Shown here: positions 15,001 through 30,000 of the stretch, one piece after another | Layout of the letters: each line of letters opens with the position of its first letter | Position numbering within the stretch: position 1 is the first letter of the stretch | Origin: Eledone cirrhosa | Lineage: Eukaryota | Direction of reading: 5' to 3' | NCBI GenBank assembly: GCA_964016885.1 | Contig: OZ024741.1 | Span: 131,068,001-131,132,000, forward strand | DNA: 64,000 bases | Translations under genes and position numbers: made by a program | The notes under the pieces: generated by a model | What the model was told of the DNA's origin: nothing | What the model saw: the letters and a program-made list of their open reading frames with translations, nothing else | Database searches by the model: none

Positions 15001-18000
15001 TCATATTTGTCTGTGTAACTAGGGTTGGAAGCAGTGAATATATAACTTTACACATCATATTTGTCTGTGTAACTAGGGTTGGAAGCAGTGAACACATAAC
15101 TTTACACATCATATTTGTCTGTGTAACTATGATTGGAAGCGGTGAATATATAACTTTACACATCATATTTATCTGTGTAACTAGGGTTGGAAGCGTTGAA
15201 CATATAACTTTACACGTCATATTTGTCTGTGTAACTAGGGTTGGAAGCAGTGAACATATAACTTTACACATCATATTTGTCTGTGTAACTAGGGTTGGAA
15301 GCAGTGAACATACAACTTTACACATCATATTCGTCTGTGTAACTAGGGTTGGAAGCAGTGAACATATAACTTTACACATCATATTTGTCTGTGTAACTAG
15401 GCTTGGAAGCGGTGAACATATAACTTTACACATCATATTTGTCTGTGTAACTAGGGTTGGAAGCAGTGAACATATAACTTTACACATCATATTTGTCTGT
15501 GTAACTAGGGTTGGAAGCGGTGAACATATAACTTTACACATCATATTTGTCTGTGTAACTAGGATTGGAAGCGGTGAACATATAACTTTACACATCATAT
15601 TTGTCTGTGTAACTAGGGTTGGAAGCAGTGTACATATAACTTTACTCATCATATTTGTCTGTGTAACTAGGGTTGGAAGCAGTGAACATATAACTTTACA
15701 CATCATATTTGTCTGTGTAACTAGGGTTGGAAGCAGTGAACATATAACTTTACACATCATATTTGTCTGTGTAACTAGGGTTGGAAGCGGTGAACATATA
15801 ACTTTACATATCATATTTGTCTGTGTAACTAGGGTTGGAAGCGGTGAACATATAACTTTACATATCATATTTGTCTGTGTAACTAGGGTTGGAAGCAGTG
15901 AACGTATAACTTTACAGATCATATTTGTCTGTGTAACTAGGGTTGGAAGCGGTGAACATATAACTTTACATATCATATTTGTCTGTGTAACTAGGGTTGG
16001 AAGCGGTGAACGTATAACTTTACATATCATATTTGTCTGTGTAACTAGGGTTGGAAGCAGTGAACGTATAACTTTACAGATCATATTTGTCTGTGTAACT
16101 AGGGTTGGAAGCAGTGAACATATAACTTTACACATCATATTTGTCTGTGTAACTAGGGTTAGAAGCAGTGAACATATAACTTTACACATCATATTTGTCT
16201 GTGTAACTAGGGTTGGAAGCAGTGAACATATAACTTTACACATCATATTTGTCTGTGTAACTAGGGTTGGAAGCGCTGAACATATAACTTTACACATCAT
16301 ATTTGTCTGTGTAACTAGGGTTGGAAGCGGTGAACATATAACTTTACACATCATATTTGTCTGTGTAACTAGGGTTGGAAGCATTGAACATATAACTTTA
16401 CACATCATATTTGTCTGTGTAACTAGGGTTGGAAGCAGTGAACATATTACTTTACACATCATATTTATCTGTGTAACTAGGGTTGGAAGCGTTGAACATA
16501 TAACTTTACACGTCATATTTGTCTGTGTAACTAGGGTTGGAAGCAGTGAACATATAACTTTACACATCATATTTGTCTGTGTAACTAGGGTTGGAAGCAG
16601 TGAACATACAACTTTACACATCATATTCGTCTGTGTAACTAGGGTTGGAAGCAGTGAACATATAACTTTACACATCATATTTGTCTGTGTAACTAGGCTT
16701 GGAAGCGGTGAACATATAACTTTACACATCATATTTGTCTGTGTAACTAGGGTTGGAAGCAGTGAACATATAACTTTACACATCATATTTGTCTGTGTAA
16801 CTAGGGTTGGAAGCGGTGAACATATAACTTTACACATCATATTTGTCTGTGTAACTAGTGTTGGAAGCCGTGAACATATAACTTTACACATCATATTTGT
16901 CTGTGTAACTAGGGTTGGAAGCAGTGAACATATAACTTTACACATCATATTTGTCTGTGTAACTAGGGTTGGAACAGTGAACATATAACTTTACACATCA
17001 TATTTGTCTGTGTAACTAGGGTTGGAAGCGGTGAACATATAACTTTACACATCATATTTGTCTGTGTAACTAGGGTTGGAAGCGGTGAACATATAACTTT
17101 ACACATCATATTTGTCTGTGTAACTAGGGTTGGAAGCAGTAAACATATAACTTTACACATCATATTTGTCTGTGTAACTATGTTTGGAAGCGGTGAACAT
17201 ATAACTTTACACATCATATTTGTCTGTGTAACTAGGGTTGGAAGCGGTGAACATATAACTTTACACATCATATTTGTCTGTGTAACTAGGGTTGGAAGCA
17301 GTGAACATATAACTTTACACATCTTATTTGTCTGTGTAACTAGGGTTGGAAGCAGTGAACATACAACTTTACACATCATATTTGTCTGTGTAACTAGGGT
17401 TGGAAGCAGTGAACATATAACTTTACACATCATATTTGTGTGTGTAACTAGGGTTGGAAGCAGTGAACATATAACTTTACACATCATATTTGTCTGTGTA
17501 ACTAGTGTTGGAAGCAGTGAACATATAACTTTACACATCATATTTGTCTGTGTAACTAGGGTTGGAAGCAGTGAACATATAACTTTACACATCATATTTG
17601 TCTGTGTAACTAGGGTTGGAAGCAGTGAACATATAACTTTACACATCATATTTGTCTGTGTAACTAGGGTTGGAAGCAGTGAACATATAACTTTACACAT
17701 CATATTTGTCTGTGTAACTAGGGTTGGAAGCGGTGAACATATAACTTTACACATCATATTTGTCTGTCTAACTAGGGTTGGAAGCAGTGAACAAATAACT
17801 TTACACATCATATTTGTCTGTGTAAATAGGATTGGAAGCGGTGAATATATAACTTCACACATCATATTTGTCTGTGTAACTAGGGTTGGAAGCAGTGAAC
17901 ATATAACTTTACACATCATATTTGTCTGTTTAACTAAGGTTGGAAGCGGTGAACATATAACTTTACACATCATATTTGTGTGTGTAACTAGGGTTGGAAG

Positions 18001-21000
18001 CAGTGAACATATAACTTTACACATCATATTTGTCTGTGTAACTAGGTTTGGAAGCAGTGAACATATAACTTTACAAATCATATTTGTCTGTGTAACAAGG
18101 GTTGAAAGCAGTGAACACACAACTTTACACATCGTATTTGTCTGTGTAACTAGGGTTGGAAGCAGTGAACATATAACTTTACACATCATATTTGTCTGTG
18201 TAACTAGGGTTGGAAGCACTGAACATATAACTTTACACATCATATTTGTCTATGTAACTAGGGTTGGAAGCAGTGAACATATAACTTTACACATCATATT
18301 TGTCTGTGTAACTAGTGTTGGAAGCGGTGAACATATAACTTTACACATCATATTTGTCTGTGTAACTAGGGTTGGAAGCGGTGAACATATAACTTTACAC
18401 ATCATATTTGTCTGTGTAACTAGGGTTGGAAGCAGTGAACATATAACTTTACACATCACATTTGTCTGTGTAACTAGGGTTGGAAGCAGTGAACATAGAA
18501 CTTTACACGTCATATTTGTCTGTGTAACTAGGGTTGGAAGCAGTGAACATATAACTTTACACATCATATTTGTCTGTGTAACTCGGGTTGGAAGCGGTGA
18601 ACATATAACTTCACACATCATATTTTTCTGTGTAACTAGGGTTTGGAAGCGGTGAACATATAACTTTACACATCATATTTGTCTGTGTAACTAGGGTTGG
18701 AAGCAGTGAACATATAACTTTACACATCATATTTGTCTGTGTAACTAGGGTTGGAAGCAGTGAACATATAACTTTACACATCTTATTTGTCTGTGTAACT
18801 AGGGTTGGAAGCAGTGAACATACAACTTTACACATCATATTTGTCTGTGTAACTAGGGTTGGAAGCAGTGAACATATAACTTTACACATCATATTTGTGT
18901 GTGTAACTAGGGTTGGAAGCAGTGAACATATAACTTTACACATCATATTTGTCTGTGTAACTAGTGTTGGAAGCAGTGAACATATAACTTTACACATCAT
19001 ATTTGTCTGTGTAACTAGGGTTGGAAGCAGTGAACATATAACTTTACACATCATATTTGTCTGTGTAACTAGGGTTGGAAGCAGTGAACATATAACTTTA
19101 CACATCATATTTGTCTGTGTAACTAGGGTTGGAAGCAGTGAACATATAACTTTACACATCATATTTGTCTGTGTAACTAGGGTTGGAAGCGGTGAACATA
19201 TAACTTTACACATCATATTTGTCTGTCTAACTAGGGTTGGAAGCAGTGAACAAATAACTTTACACATCATACTTGTCTGTGTAACTAGGATTGGAAGCGG
19301 TGAATATATAACTTCACACATCATATTTGTCTGTGTAACTAGGGTTGGAAGCAGTGAACATATAACTTTACACATCATATTTGTCTGTTTAACTAAGGTT
19401 GGAAGCGGTGAACATATAACTTTACACATCATATTTGTGTGTGTAACTAGGGTTGGAAGCAGTGAACATATAACTTTACACATCATATTTGTCTGTGTAA
19501 CTAGGTTTGGAAGCAGTGAACATATAACTTTACAAATCATATTTGTCTGTGTAACAAGGGTTGAAAGCAGTGAACACACAACTTTACACATCGTATTTGT
19601 CTGTGTAACTAGGGTTGGAAGCAGTGAACATATAACTTTACACATCATATTTGTCTATGTAACTAGGGTTGGAATTAGTGAACATATAACTTTACACATC
19701 ATATTTGTCTGTGTAACTAAGGTTGGAAGCAGTGAACATATAACTTTACACATCATATTTGTCTGTGTAACTAGGGTTGGAAGCAGTGAACATATAACTT
19801 TACACATCATATTTGTCTGTGTAACTAGGGTTGGAAGCAGTGAACATATAACTTTACACATCATATTTGTCTGTGTAACTAGGGTTGGAATCAGTGAACA
19901 TATAACTTTACACATCATATTTGTCTATGTAACTAGGGTTGGAAGCAGTGAACATATAACTTTACACATCATATTTGTCTGTGTAACTAGGGTTGGAAGC
20001 ACTGAACATATAACTTTACACATCATATTTGTCTATGTAACTAGGGTTGGAAGCAGTGAACATATAACTTTACAGATCATATTTGTCTGTGTAACTAGTG
20101 TTGGAAGCGGTGAACATATAACTTTACACATCATATTTGTCTGTGTAACTAGGGTTGGAAGCGGTGAACATATAACTTTACACATCATATTTGTCTGTGT
20201 AACTAGGGTTGGAAGCAGTGAACATATAACTTTACACATCACATTTGTCTGTGTAACTAGGGTTGGAAGCAGTGAACATAGAACTTTACACGTCATATTT
20301 GTCTGTGTAACTAGGGTTGGAAGCAGTGAACATATAACTTTACACATCATATTTGTCTGTGTAACTCGGGTTGGAAGCGGTGAACATATAACTTTACACA
20401 TCATATTTGTCTGTGTAACTAGGGTTGGAAGCAGTGAATATATAACTTTACACATCATATTTGTCTGTGTAACTAGGGTTGGAAGCAGTGAACATATAAC
20501 TTTACACATCATATTTGTCTGTGTAACTAGGATTGGAAGCGGTGAATATATAACTTCACAAATCATATTTGTCTGTGTAACTAGGGTTGGAAGCAGTGAA
20601 CATATAACTTCACACATCATATTTTTCTGTGTAACTAGGGTTTGGAAGCGGTGAACATATAACTTTACACATCATATTTGTCTGTGTAACTAGGGTTGGA
20701 AGCAGTGAACATATAACTTTACACATCATATTTGTCTGTGTAACTAGGGTTGGAAGCAGTGAACATATAACTTTACACATCATATTTTTCTGTGTAACTA
20801 GGGTTGGAAGCGGTGAACATATAACTTTACACATCATATTTGTCTGTGTAACTAGGGTTGGAAGCCGTGAACATATAATTTAACACATCATATTTGTCTG
20901 TGTAACTAGGGTTGGAAGCGGTGAACATATAACTTTACACATCATATTTGTCTGTGTAACAAGGGTTGGAAGAAGTGAACATATAACTTTACAAATCATA

Positions 21001-24000
21001 TTTGTCTGTGTAACAAGGGTTGGAAGCAGTGAGCACACAACTTTACACATCATATTTGTCTGTGTAACTAGGGTTGGAAGCAGTGAACATATAACTTTAC
21101 ACATCATATTTGTCTGTGTAACTAGGGTTGGAAGCACTGAACATATAACTTTACACATCATATTTGTCTATGTAACTAGGGTTGAAAGCAGTGAACATAT
21201 AACTTTACACATCATATTTGTCTGTGTAACTAGGGTTGGAAGCGGTGAACATATAACTTTACACATCATAGTTGTCTGTGTAACTAGGGTTGGAAGCGGT
21301 GAACATATAACTTTACACATCATATTTGTCTGTGTAACTAGGGTTGGAAGCAGTGAACATATAACTTTACACATCACATTTGTCTGTGTAACTAGGGTTG
21401 GAAGCAGTGAACATATAATTTTACACATCATATTTGTCTGCGTAACTCGGGTTGGAAGCGGTGAACATATAACTTTACACATCATATTTGTCTTTGGAAC
21501 TAGGGTCGGAAGCGGTGAACATATAACTTTACACATCATATGTGTCTGTGTAACTAGGGTTGGAAGCAGTGAACATATAACTTTACACATCATATTTGTC
21601 TGTGTAACTAGGGTTGGAAGCAGTGAACATAGAACTTTACACGTCATATTTGTCTGTGTAACTAGGGTTGGAAGCAGTGAACATATAACTTTACACATCA
21701 TATTTGTCTGTGTAACTCGGGTTGGAAGCGGTGAACATATAACTTTACACATCATATTTGTCTGTGTAACTAGGGTTGGAAGCAGTGAATATATAACTTT
21801 ACACATCATATTTGTCTGTGTAACTAGGGTTGGAAGCGGTGAACATATAACTTTACACATCATATTTGTCTGTGTAACTAGGGTTGGAAGCCGTGAACAT
21901 ATAATTTAACACATCATATTTGTCTGTGTAACTAGGGTTGGAAGCGGTGAACATATAACTTTACACATCATATTTGTCTGTGTAACAAGGGTTGGAAGAA
22001 GTGAACATATAACTTTACAAATCATATTTGTCTGTGTAACAAGGGTTGAAAGCAGTGAACACACAACTTTACACATCATATTTGTCTGTGTAACTAGGGT
22101 TGGAAGCAGTGAACATATAACTTTACACATCATATTTGTCTGTGTAACTAGGGTTGGAAGCAGTGAACATATAACTTTACACATCATATTTGTCTATGTA
22201 ACTAGGGTTGGAAGCAGTGAACATATAACTTTACACATCATATTTGTCTGTGTAACTAGGGTTGGAAGCAGTGAACATATAACTTTACACATCATATTTG
22301 TCTGTGTAACTAGGGTTGGAAGCAGTGAACATATAACTTTACACATCATATTTGTCTGTGTAACTAGGGTTAGAAGCAGTGAACATATAACTTTACACAT
22401 CATATTTGTCTGTGTAACTAGGGTTGGAAGCAGTGAACATATAACTTTACACATCATATTTGTCTGTGTAACTAGGGTTGGAAGCACTGAACATATAACT
22501 TTACACATCATATTTGTCTATGTAACTAGGGTTGGAAGCGGTGAACATATAACTTTACACATCATATTTGTCTGTGTAACTAGGTTTGGAAGCGGTGAAC
22601 ATATAACTTTACACATCATATTTGTCTGTGTAACTAGGGTTGGAAGCAGTGAACATACAACTTTACACAACCTATTTGTCTGTGTAACTAGGGTTGGAAA
22701 CAGTGAACATATAAATTTACACATCATATTTGTCTGTGTAACTAGGGTTGGAAGCAGGGAACATATAACTTTACACATCATAATTGTCTGTGTAACTAGG
22801 GTTGGAAGCAGTGAACATATAACTTTACACATCATATTTGTCTCTGTAACTAGGGTTGGAAGCAGTGAACATAGAACTTTACACGTCATATTTGTCTGTG
22901 TAACTAGGGTTGGAAGCAGTGAACATATAACTTTACACATCATATTTGTCTGTGTAACTAGGGTTGGAAGCGCTGAACATATAACTTTACACATCATATT
23001 TGTCTGTGTAACTAGGGTTGGAAGCAGTGAATATATAACTTTACACATCATATTTGTCTGTGTAACTAGGGTTGGAAGCAGTGAACACATAACTTTACAC
23101 ATCATATTTGTCTGTGTAACTATGATTGGAAGCGGTGAATATATAACTTTACACATCATATTTATCTGTGTAACTAGGGTTGGAAGCGTTGAACATATAA
23201 CTTTACACGTCATATTTGTCTGTGTAACTAGGGTTGGAAGCAGTGAACATATAACTTTACACATCATATTTGTCTGTGTAACTAGGGTTGGAAGCAGTGA
23301 ACATACAACTTTACACATCATATTCGTCTGTGTAACTAGGGTTGGAAGCAGTGAACATATAACTTTACACATCATATTTGTCTGTGTAACTAGGCTTGGA
23401 AGCGGTGAACATATAACTTTACACATCATATTTGTCTGTGTAACTAGGGTTGGAAGCAGTGAACATATAACTTTACACATCATATTTGTCTGTGTAACTA
23501 GGGTTGGAAGCGGTGAACATATAACTTTACACATCATATTTGTCTGTGTAACTAGGATTGGAAGCGGTGAACATATAACTTTACACATCATATTTGTCTG
23601 TGTAACTAGGGTTGGAAGCAGTGTACATATAACTTTACTCATCATATTTGTCTGTGTAACTAGGGTTGGAAGCAGTGAACATATAACTTTACACATCATA
23701 TTTGTCTGTGTAACTAGGGTTGGAAGCAGTGAACATATAACTTTACACATCATATTTGTCTGTGTAACTAGGGTTGGAAGCGGTGAACATATAACTTTAC
23801 ATATCATATTTGTCTGTGTAACTAGGGTTGGAAGCGGTGAACATATAACTTTACATATCATATTTGTCTGTGTAACTAGGGTTGGAAGCAGTGAACGTAT
23901 AACTTTACAGATCATATTTGTCTGTGTAACTAGGGTTGGAAGCGGTGAACATATAACTTTACATATCATATTTGTCTGTGTAACTAGGGTTGGAAGCGGT

Positions 24001-27000
24001 GAACATATAACTTTACATATCATATTTGTCTGTGTAACTAGGGTTGGAAGCAGTGAACGTATAACTTTACAGATCATATTTGTCTGTGTAACTAGGGTTG
24101 GAAGCAGTGAACATATAACTTTACATATCATATTTGTCTGTGTAACTAGGGTTAGAAGCAGTGAACATATAACTTTACACATCATATTTGTCTGTGTAAC
24201 TAGGGTTGGAAGCAGTGAACATATAACTTTACACATCATATTTGTCTGTGTAACTAGGGTTGGAAGCGCTGAACATATAACTTTACACATCATATTTGTC
24301 TGTGTAACTAGGGTTGGAAGCGGTGAACATATAACTTTACACATCATATTTGTCTGTGTAACTAGGGTTGGAAGCATTGAACATATAACTTTACACATCA
24401 TATTTGTCTGTGTAACTAGGGTTGGAAGCAGTGAACATATTTCTTTACACATCATATTTATCTGTGTAACTAGGGTTGGAAGCGTTGAACATATAACTTT
24501 ACACGTCATATTTGTCTGTGTAACTAGGGTTGGAAGCAGTGAACATATAACTTTACACATCATATTTGTCTGTGTAACTAGGGTTGGAAGCAGTGAACAT
24601 ACAACTTTACACATCATATTCGTCTGTGTAACTAGGGTTGGAAGCAGTGAACATATAACTTTACACATCATATTTGTCTGTGTAACTAGGCTTGGAAGCG
24701 GTGAACATATAACTTTACACATCATATTTGTCTGTGTAACTAGGGTTGGAAGCAGTGAACATATAACTTTACACATCATATTTGTCTGTGTAACTAGGGT
24801 TGGAAGCGGTGAACATATAACTTTACACATCATATTTGTCTGTGTAACTAGTGTTGGAAGCCGTGAACATATAACTTTACACATCATATTTGTCTGTGTA
24901 ACTAGGGTTGGAAGCAGTGAACATATAACTTTACACATCATATTTGTCTGTGTAACTAGGGTTGGAACAGTGAACATATAACTTTACACATCATATTTGT
25001 CTGTGTAACTAGGGTTGGAAGCGGTGAACATATAACTTTACACATCATATTTGTCTGTGTAACTAGGGTTGGAAGCGGTGAACATATAACTTTACACATC
25101 ATATTTGTCTGTGTAACTGGGGTTGGAAGCAGTAAACATATAACTTTACACATCATATTTGTCTGTGTAACTATGTTTGGAAGCGGTGAACATATAACTT
25201 TACACATCATATTTGTCTGTGTAACTAGGGTTGGAAGCGGTGAACATATAACTTTACACATCATATTTGTCTGTGTAACTAGGGTTGGAAGCAGTGAACA
25301 TATAACTTTACACATCTTATTTGTCTGTGTAACTAGGGTTGGAAGCAGTGAACATACAACTTTACACATCATATTTGTCTGTGTAACTAGGGTTGGAAGC
25401 AGTGAACATATAACTTTACACATCATATTTGTGTGTGTAACTAGGGTTGGAAGCAGTGAACATATAACTTTACACATCATATTTGTCTGTTTAACTAAGG
25501 TTGGAAGCGGTGAACATATAACTTTACACATCATATTTGTGTGTGTAACTAGGGTTGGAAGCAGTGAACATATAACTTTACACATCATATTTGTCTGTGT
25601 AACTAGGTTTGGAAGCAGTGAACATATAACTTTACACATCATATTTGTCTGTGTAACTAGGGTTGGAAGCAGTGAACATATAACTTTACACATCATATTT
25701 GTCTGTGTAACTAGGGTTGGAAGCAGTGAACATATAACTTTACATATCATATTTGTCTGTGTAACTAGGGTTGGAAGCAGTGAACGTATAACTTTACAGA
25801 TCATATTTGTCTGTGTAACTAGGGTTGGAAGCAGTGAACATATAACTTTACACATCATATTTGTCTGTGTAACTAGGGTTAGAAGCAGTGAACATATAAC
25901 TTTACACATCATATTTGTCTGTGTAACTAGGGTTGGAAGCAGTGAACATATAACTTTACACATCATATTTGTCTGTGTAACTAGGGTTGGAAGCGCTGAA
26001 CATATAACTTTACACATCATATTTGTCTGTGTAACTAGGGTTGGAAGCGGTGAACATATAACTTTACACATCATATTTGTCTGTGTAACTAGGGTTGGAA
26101 GCATTGAACATATAACTTTACACATCATATTTGTCTGTGTAACTAGGGTTGGAAGCAGTGAACATATTACTTTACACATCATATTTATCTGTGTAACTAG
26201 GGTTGGAAGCGTTGAACATATAACTTTACACGTCATATTTGTCTGTGTAACTAGGGTTGGAAGCAGTGAACATATAACTTTACACATCATATTTGTCTGT
26301 GTAACTAGGGTTGGAAGCAGTGAACATACAACTTTACACATCATATTCGTCTGTGTAACTAGGGTTGGAAGCAGTGAACATATAACTTTACACATCATAT
26401 TTGTCTGTGTTGCTAGGCTTGGAAGCGGTGAACATATAACTTTACACATCATATTTGTCTGTGTAACTAGGGTTGGAAGCAGTGAACATATAACTTTACA
26501 CATCATATTTGTCTGTGTAACTAGGGTTGGAAGCGGTGAACATATAACTTTACACATCATATTTGTCTGTGTAACTAGTGTTGGAAGCCGTGAACATATA
26601 ACTTTACACAGCATATTTGTCTGTGTAACTAGGGTTGGAAGCAGTGAACATATAACTTTACACATCATATTTGTCTGTGTAACTAGGGTTGGAACAGTGA
26701 ACATATAACTTTACACATCATATTTGTCTGTGTAACTAGGGTTGGAAGCGGTGAACATATAACTTTACACATCATATTTGTCTGTGTAACTAGGGTTGGA
26801 AGCGGTGAACATATAACTTTACACATCATATTTGTCTGTGTAACTAGGGTTGGAAGCAGTAAACATATAACTTTACACATCATATTTGTCTGTGTAACTA
26901 TGTTTGGAAGCGGTGAACATATAACTTTACACATCATATTTGTCTGTGTAACTAGGGTTGGAAGCGGTGAACATATAACTTTACACATCATATTTGTCTG

Positions 27001-30000
27001 TGTAACTAGGGTTGGAAGCAGTGAACATATAAATTTACACATCTTATTTGTCTGTGTAACTAGGGTTGGAAGCAGTGAACATACAACTTTACACATCATA
27101 TTTGTCTGTGTAACTAGGGTTGGAAGCAGTGAACATATAACTTTACACATCATATTTGTGTGTGTAACTAGGGTTGGAAGCAGTGAACATATAACTTTAC
27201 ACATCATATTTGTCTGTTTAACTAAGGTTGGAAGCGGTGAACATATAACTTTACACATCATATTTGTGTGTGTAACTAGGGTTGGAAGCAGTGAACATAT
27301 AACTTTACACATCATATTTGTCTGTGTAACTAGGTTTGGAAGCAGTGAACATATAACTTTACACATCATATTTGTCTGTGTAACTAGGGTTGGAAGCAGT
27401 GAACATATAACTTTACACATCATATTTGTCTGTGTAACTAGGGTTGGAAGCAGTGAACATATAACTTTACACATCATATTTGTCTGTGTAACTAGGGTTG
27501 GAAGCGGTGAACATATAACTTTACACATCATATATGTCTGTGTAACTAGGGTTGGAAGCGGTGAACATATAACTTTACACATCATATTTGTCTGTCTAAC
27601 TAGGGTTGGAAGCAGTGAACATATAACTTTACACATCATATTTGTCTGTGTAACTAGGATTGGAAGCGGTGAATATATAACTTCACACATCATATTTGTC
27701 TGTGTAACTAGGGTTGGAAGCAGTGAACATATAACTTTACACATCATATTTGTCTGTGTAACTAGGGTTGGAAGCAGTGAACATATAACTTTACACATCA
27801 TATTTGTCTGTGTAACTAGGGTTGGAAGCGGTGAACATATAACTTTACACATCATATTTGTCTGTGTAACTAGGGTTGGAAGCAGTGAACATATAACTTT
27901 ACACATCATATTTGTCTGTGTAACTAGGGTTGGAAGCGGTGAACATATAACTTTACACATCATATTTGTCTGTGTAACTAGAGTTGTAAGCCGTGAACAT
28001 ATAACTTTACACATCATATTTGTCTGTGTAACTAGGGTTGGAAGCAGTGAACATATAACTTTACACATCATAATTGTCTGTGTAACTAGGGTTGGAACAG
28101 TGAACATATAACTTTACACATCATATTTGTCTGTGTAACTAGGGTTGGAAGCGGTGAACATATAACTTTGCACATCATATTTGTCTGTGTAACTAGGGTT
28201 GGAAGCAGTGAACATATAACTTTACACATCGTATTTGTCTGTGTAACTAGGGTTGGAAGCAGTGAACATATAACTTTACACATCATATTTGTCTCTGTAA
28301 CTAGGATTGGAAGCGGTGAACATATAACTTTACACATCATATTTGTCTCTGTAACTAGGCTTAGAAGCAGTGAACATATAACTTTACACATCATATTTGT
28401 CTGTGTAACTAGGGTTGGAAGCAGTGAACATATAACTTTACACATCATATTTGTCTGTGTAACTAGGGTTGGAAGCAGTGAACATATAACTTTACACATC
28501 ATATTTGTCTGTGTAACTAGGGTTGGAAGCGCTGAACATATAACTTTACACATCATATTTGTCTGTGTAACTAGGGTTGGAAGCGGTGAACATATAACTT
28601 TACACATCATATTTGTCTGTGTAACTAGGGTTGGAAGCATTGAACATATGACTTTACACATCATATTTGTCTGTGTAACTAGGGTTGGAAGCAGTGAACA
28701 TATAACTTTACACATCATATTTGTCTGTGTAACTAGGGTTGGAAGCGGTGAACATATAACTTTACACATCATATTTGTCTGTGTAACTAGGGTTGGAAGC
28801 AGTGAACATATTACTTTACACATCATATTTATCTGTGTAACTAGGGTTGGAAGCGTTGAACATATAACTTTACACGTCATATTTGTCTGTGTAACTAGGG
28901 TTGGAAGCAGTGAACATATAACTTTACACATCATATTTGACTGTTTAACTAGGGTTGGAAGCAGTGAACATACAACTTTACACATCATATTTGTCTGTGT
29001 AACTAGGGTTGGAAGCAGTGAACATATAACTTTACACTTCATATTTGTCTGTGTAACTAGGGTTGGAAGCAGTGAACATATAACTTTACACATCATATTT
29101 GTCTGTGTAACTAGGGTTGGAAGCGGTGAACATATAACTTTACACAACATATTTGTCTGTGTAACTAGGGTTGGAAGCAGTGAACATATAACTTTACACA
29201 TCATATTTGTCTGTGTAACTAGGGTTGGAATCGGTGAACATATAACTTTACACATCATATTTGTCTGTGTAACTAGGGTTGGAAGCGGTGAACATATAAC
29301 TTTACACATCATATTTGTCTGTGTAACTAGGGTTGGAAGCGGTGAACATATAACTTTACACATCATATTTGTCTGTGTAACTAGGGTTGGAAGCAGTGAA
29401 CATATAACTTTACACATCATATTTGTCTGTGTAACTAGGCTTGGAAGCGGTGAACATATAACTTTACACATCATATTTGTCTGTGTAACTAGGGTTGGAA
29501 GCAGTGAACATATAACTTTACACATCATATTTGTCTGTGTAACTAGGGTTGGAAGCGGTGAACATATAACTTTACACATCATATTTGTCTGTGTAACTAG
29601 TGTTGGAAGCCGTGAACATATAACTTTACACATCATATTTGTCTGTGTAACTAGGGTTGGAAGCAGTGAACATATAACTTTACACATCATATTTGTCTGT
29701 GTAACTAGGGTTGGAACAGTGAACATATAACTTTACACATCATATTTGTCTGTGTAACTAGGGTTGGAAGCGGTGAACATATAACTTTACACATCATATT
29801 TGTCTGTGTAACTAGGGTTGGAAGCGGTGAACATATAACTTTACACATCATATTTGTCTGTGTAACTGGGGTTGGAAGCAGTAAACATATAACTTTACAC
29901 ATCATATTTGTCTGTGTAACTATGTTTGGAAGCGGTGAACATATAACTTTACACATCATATTTGTCTGTGTAACTAGGGTTGGAAGCGGTGAACATATAA

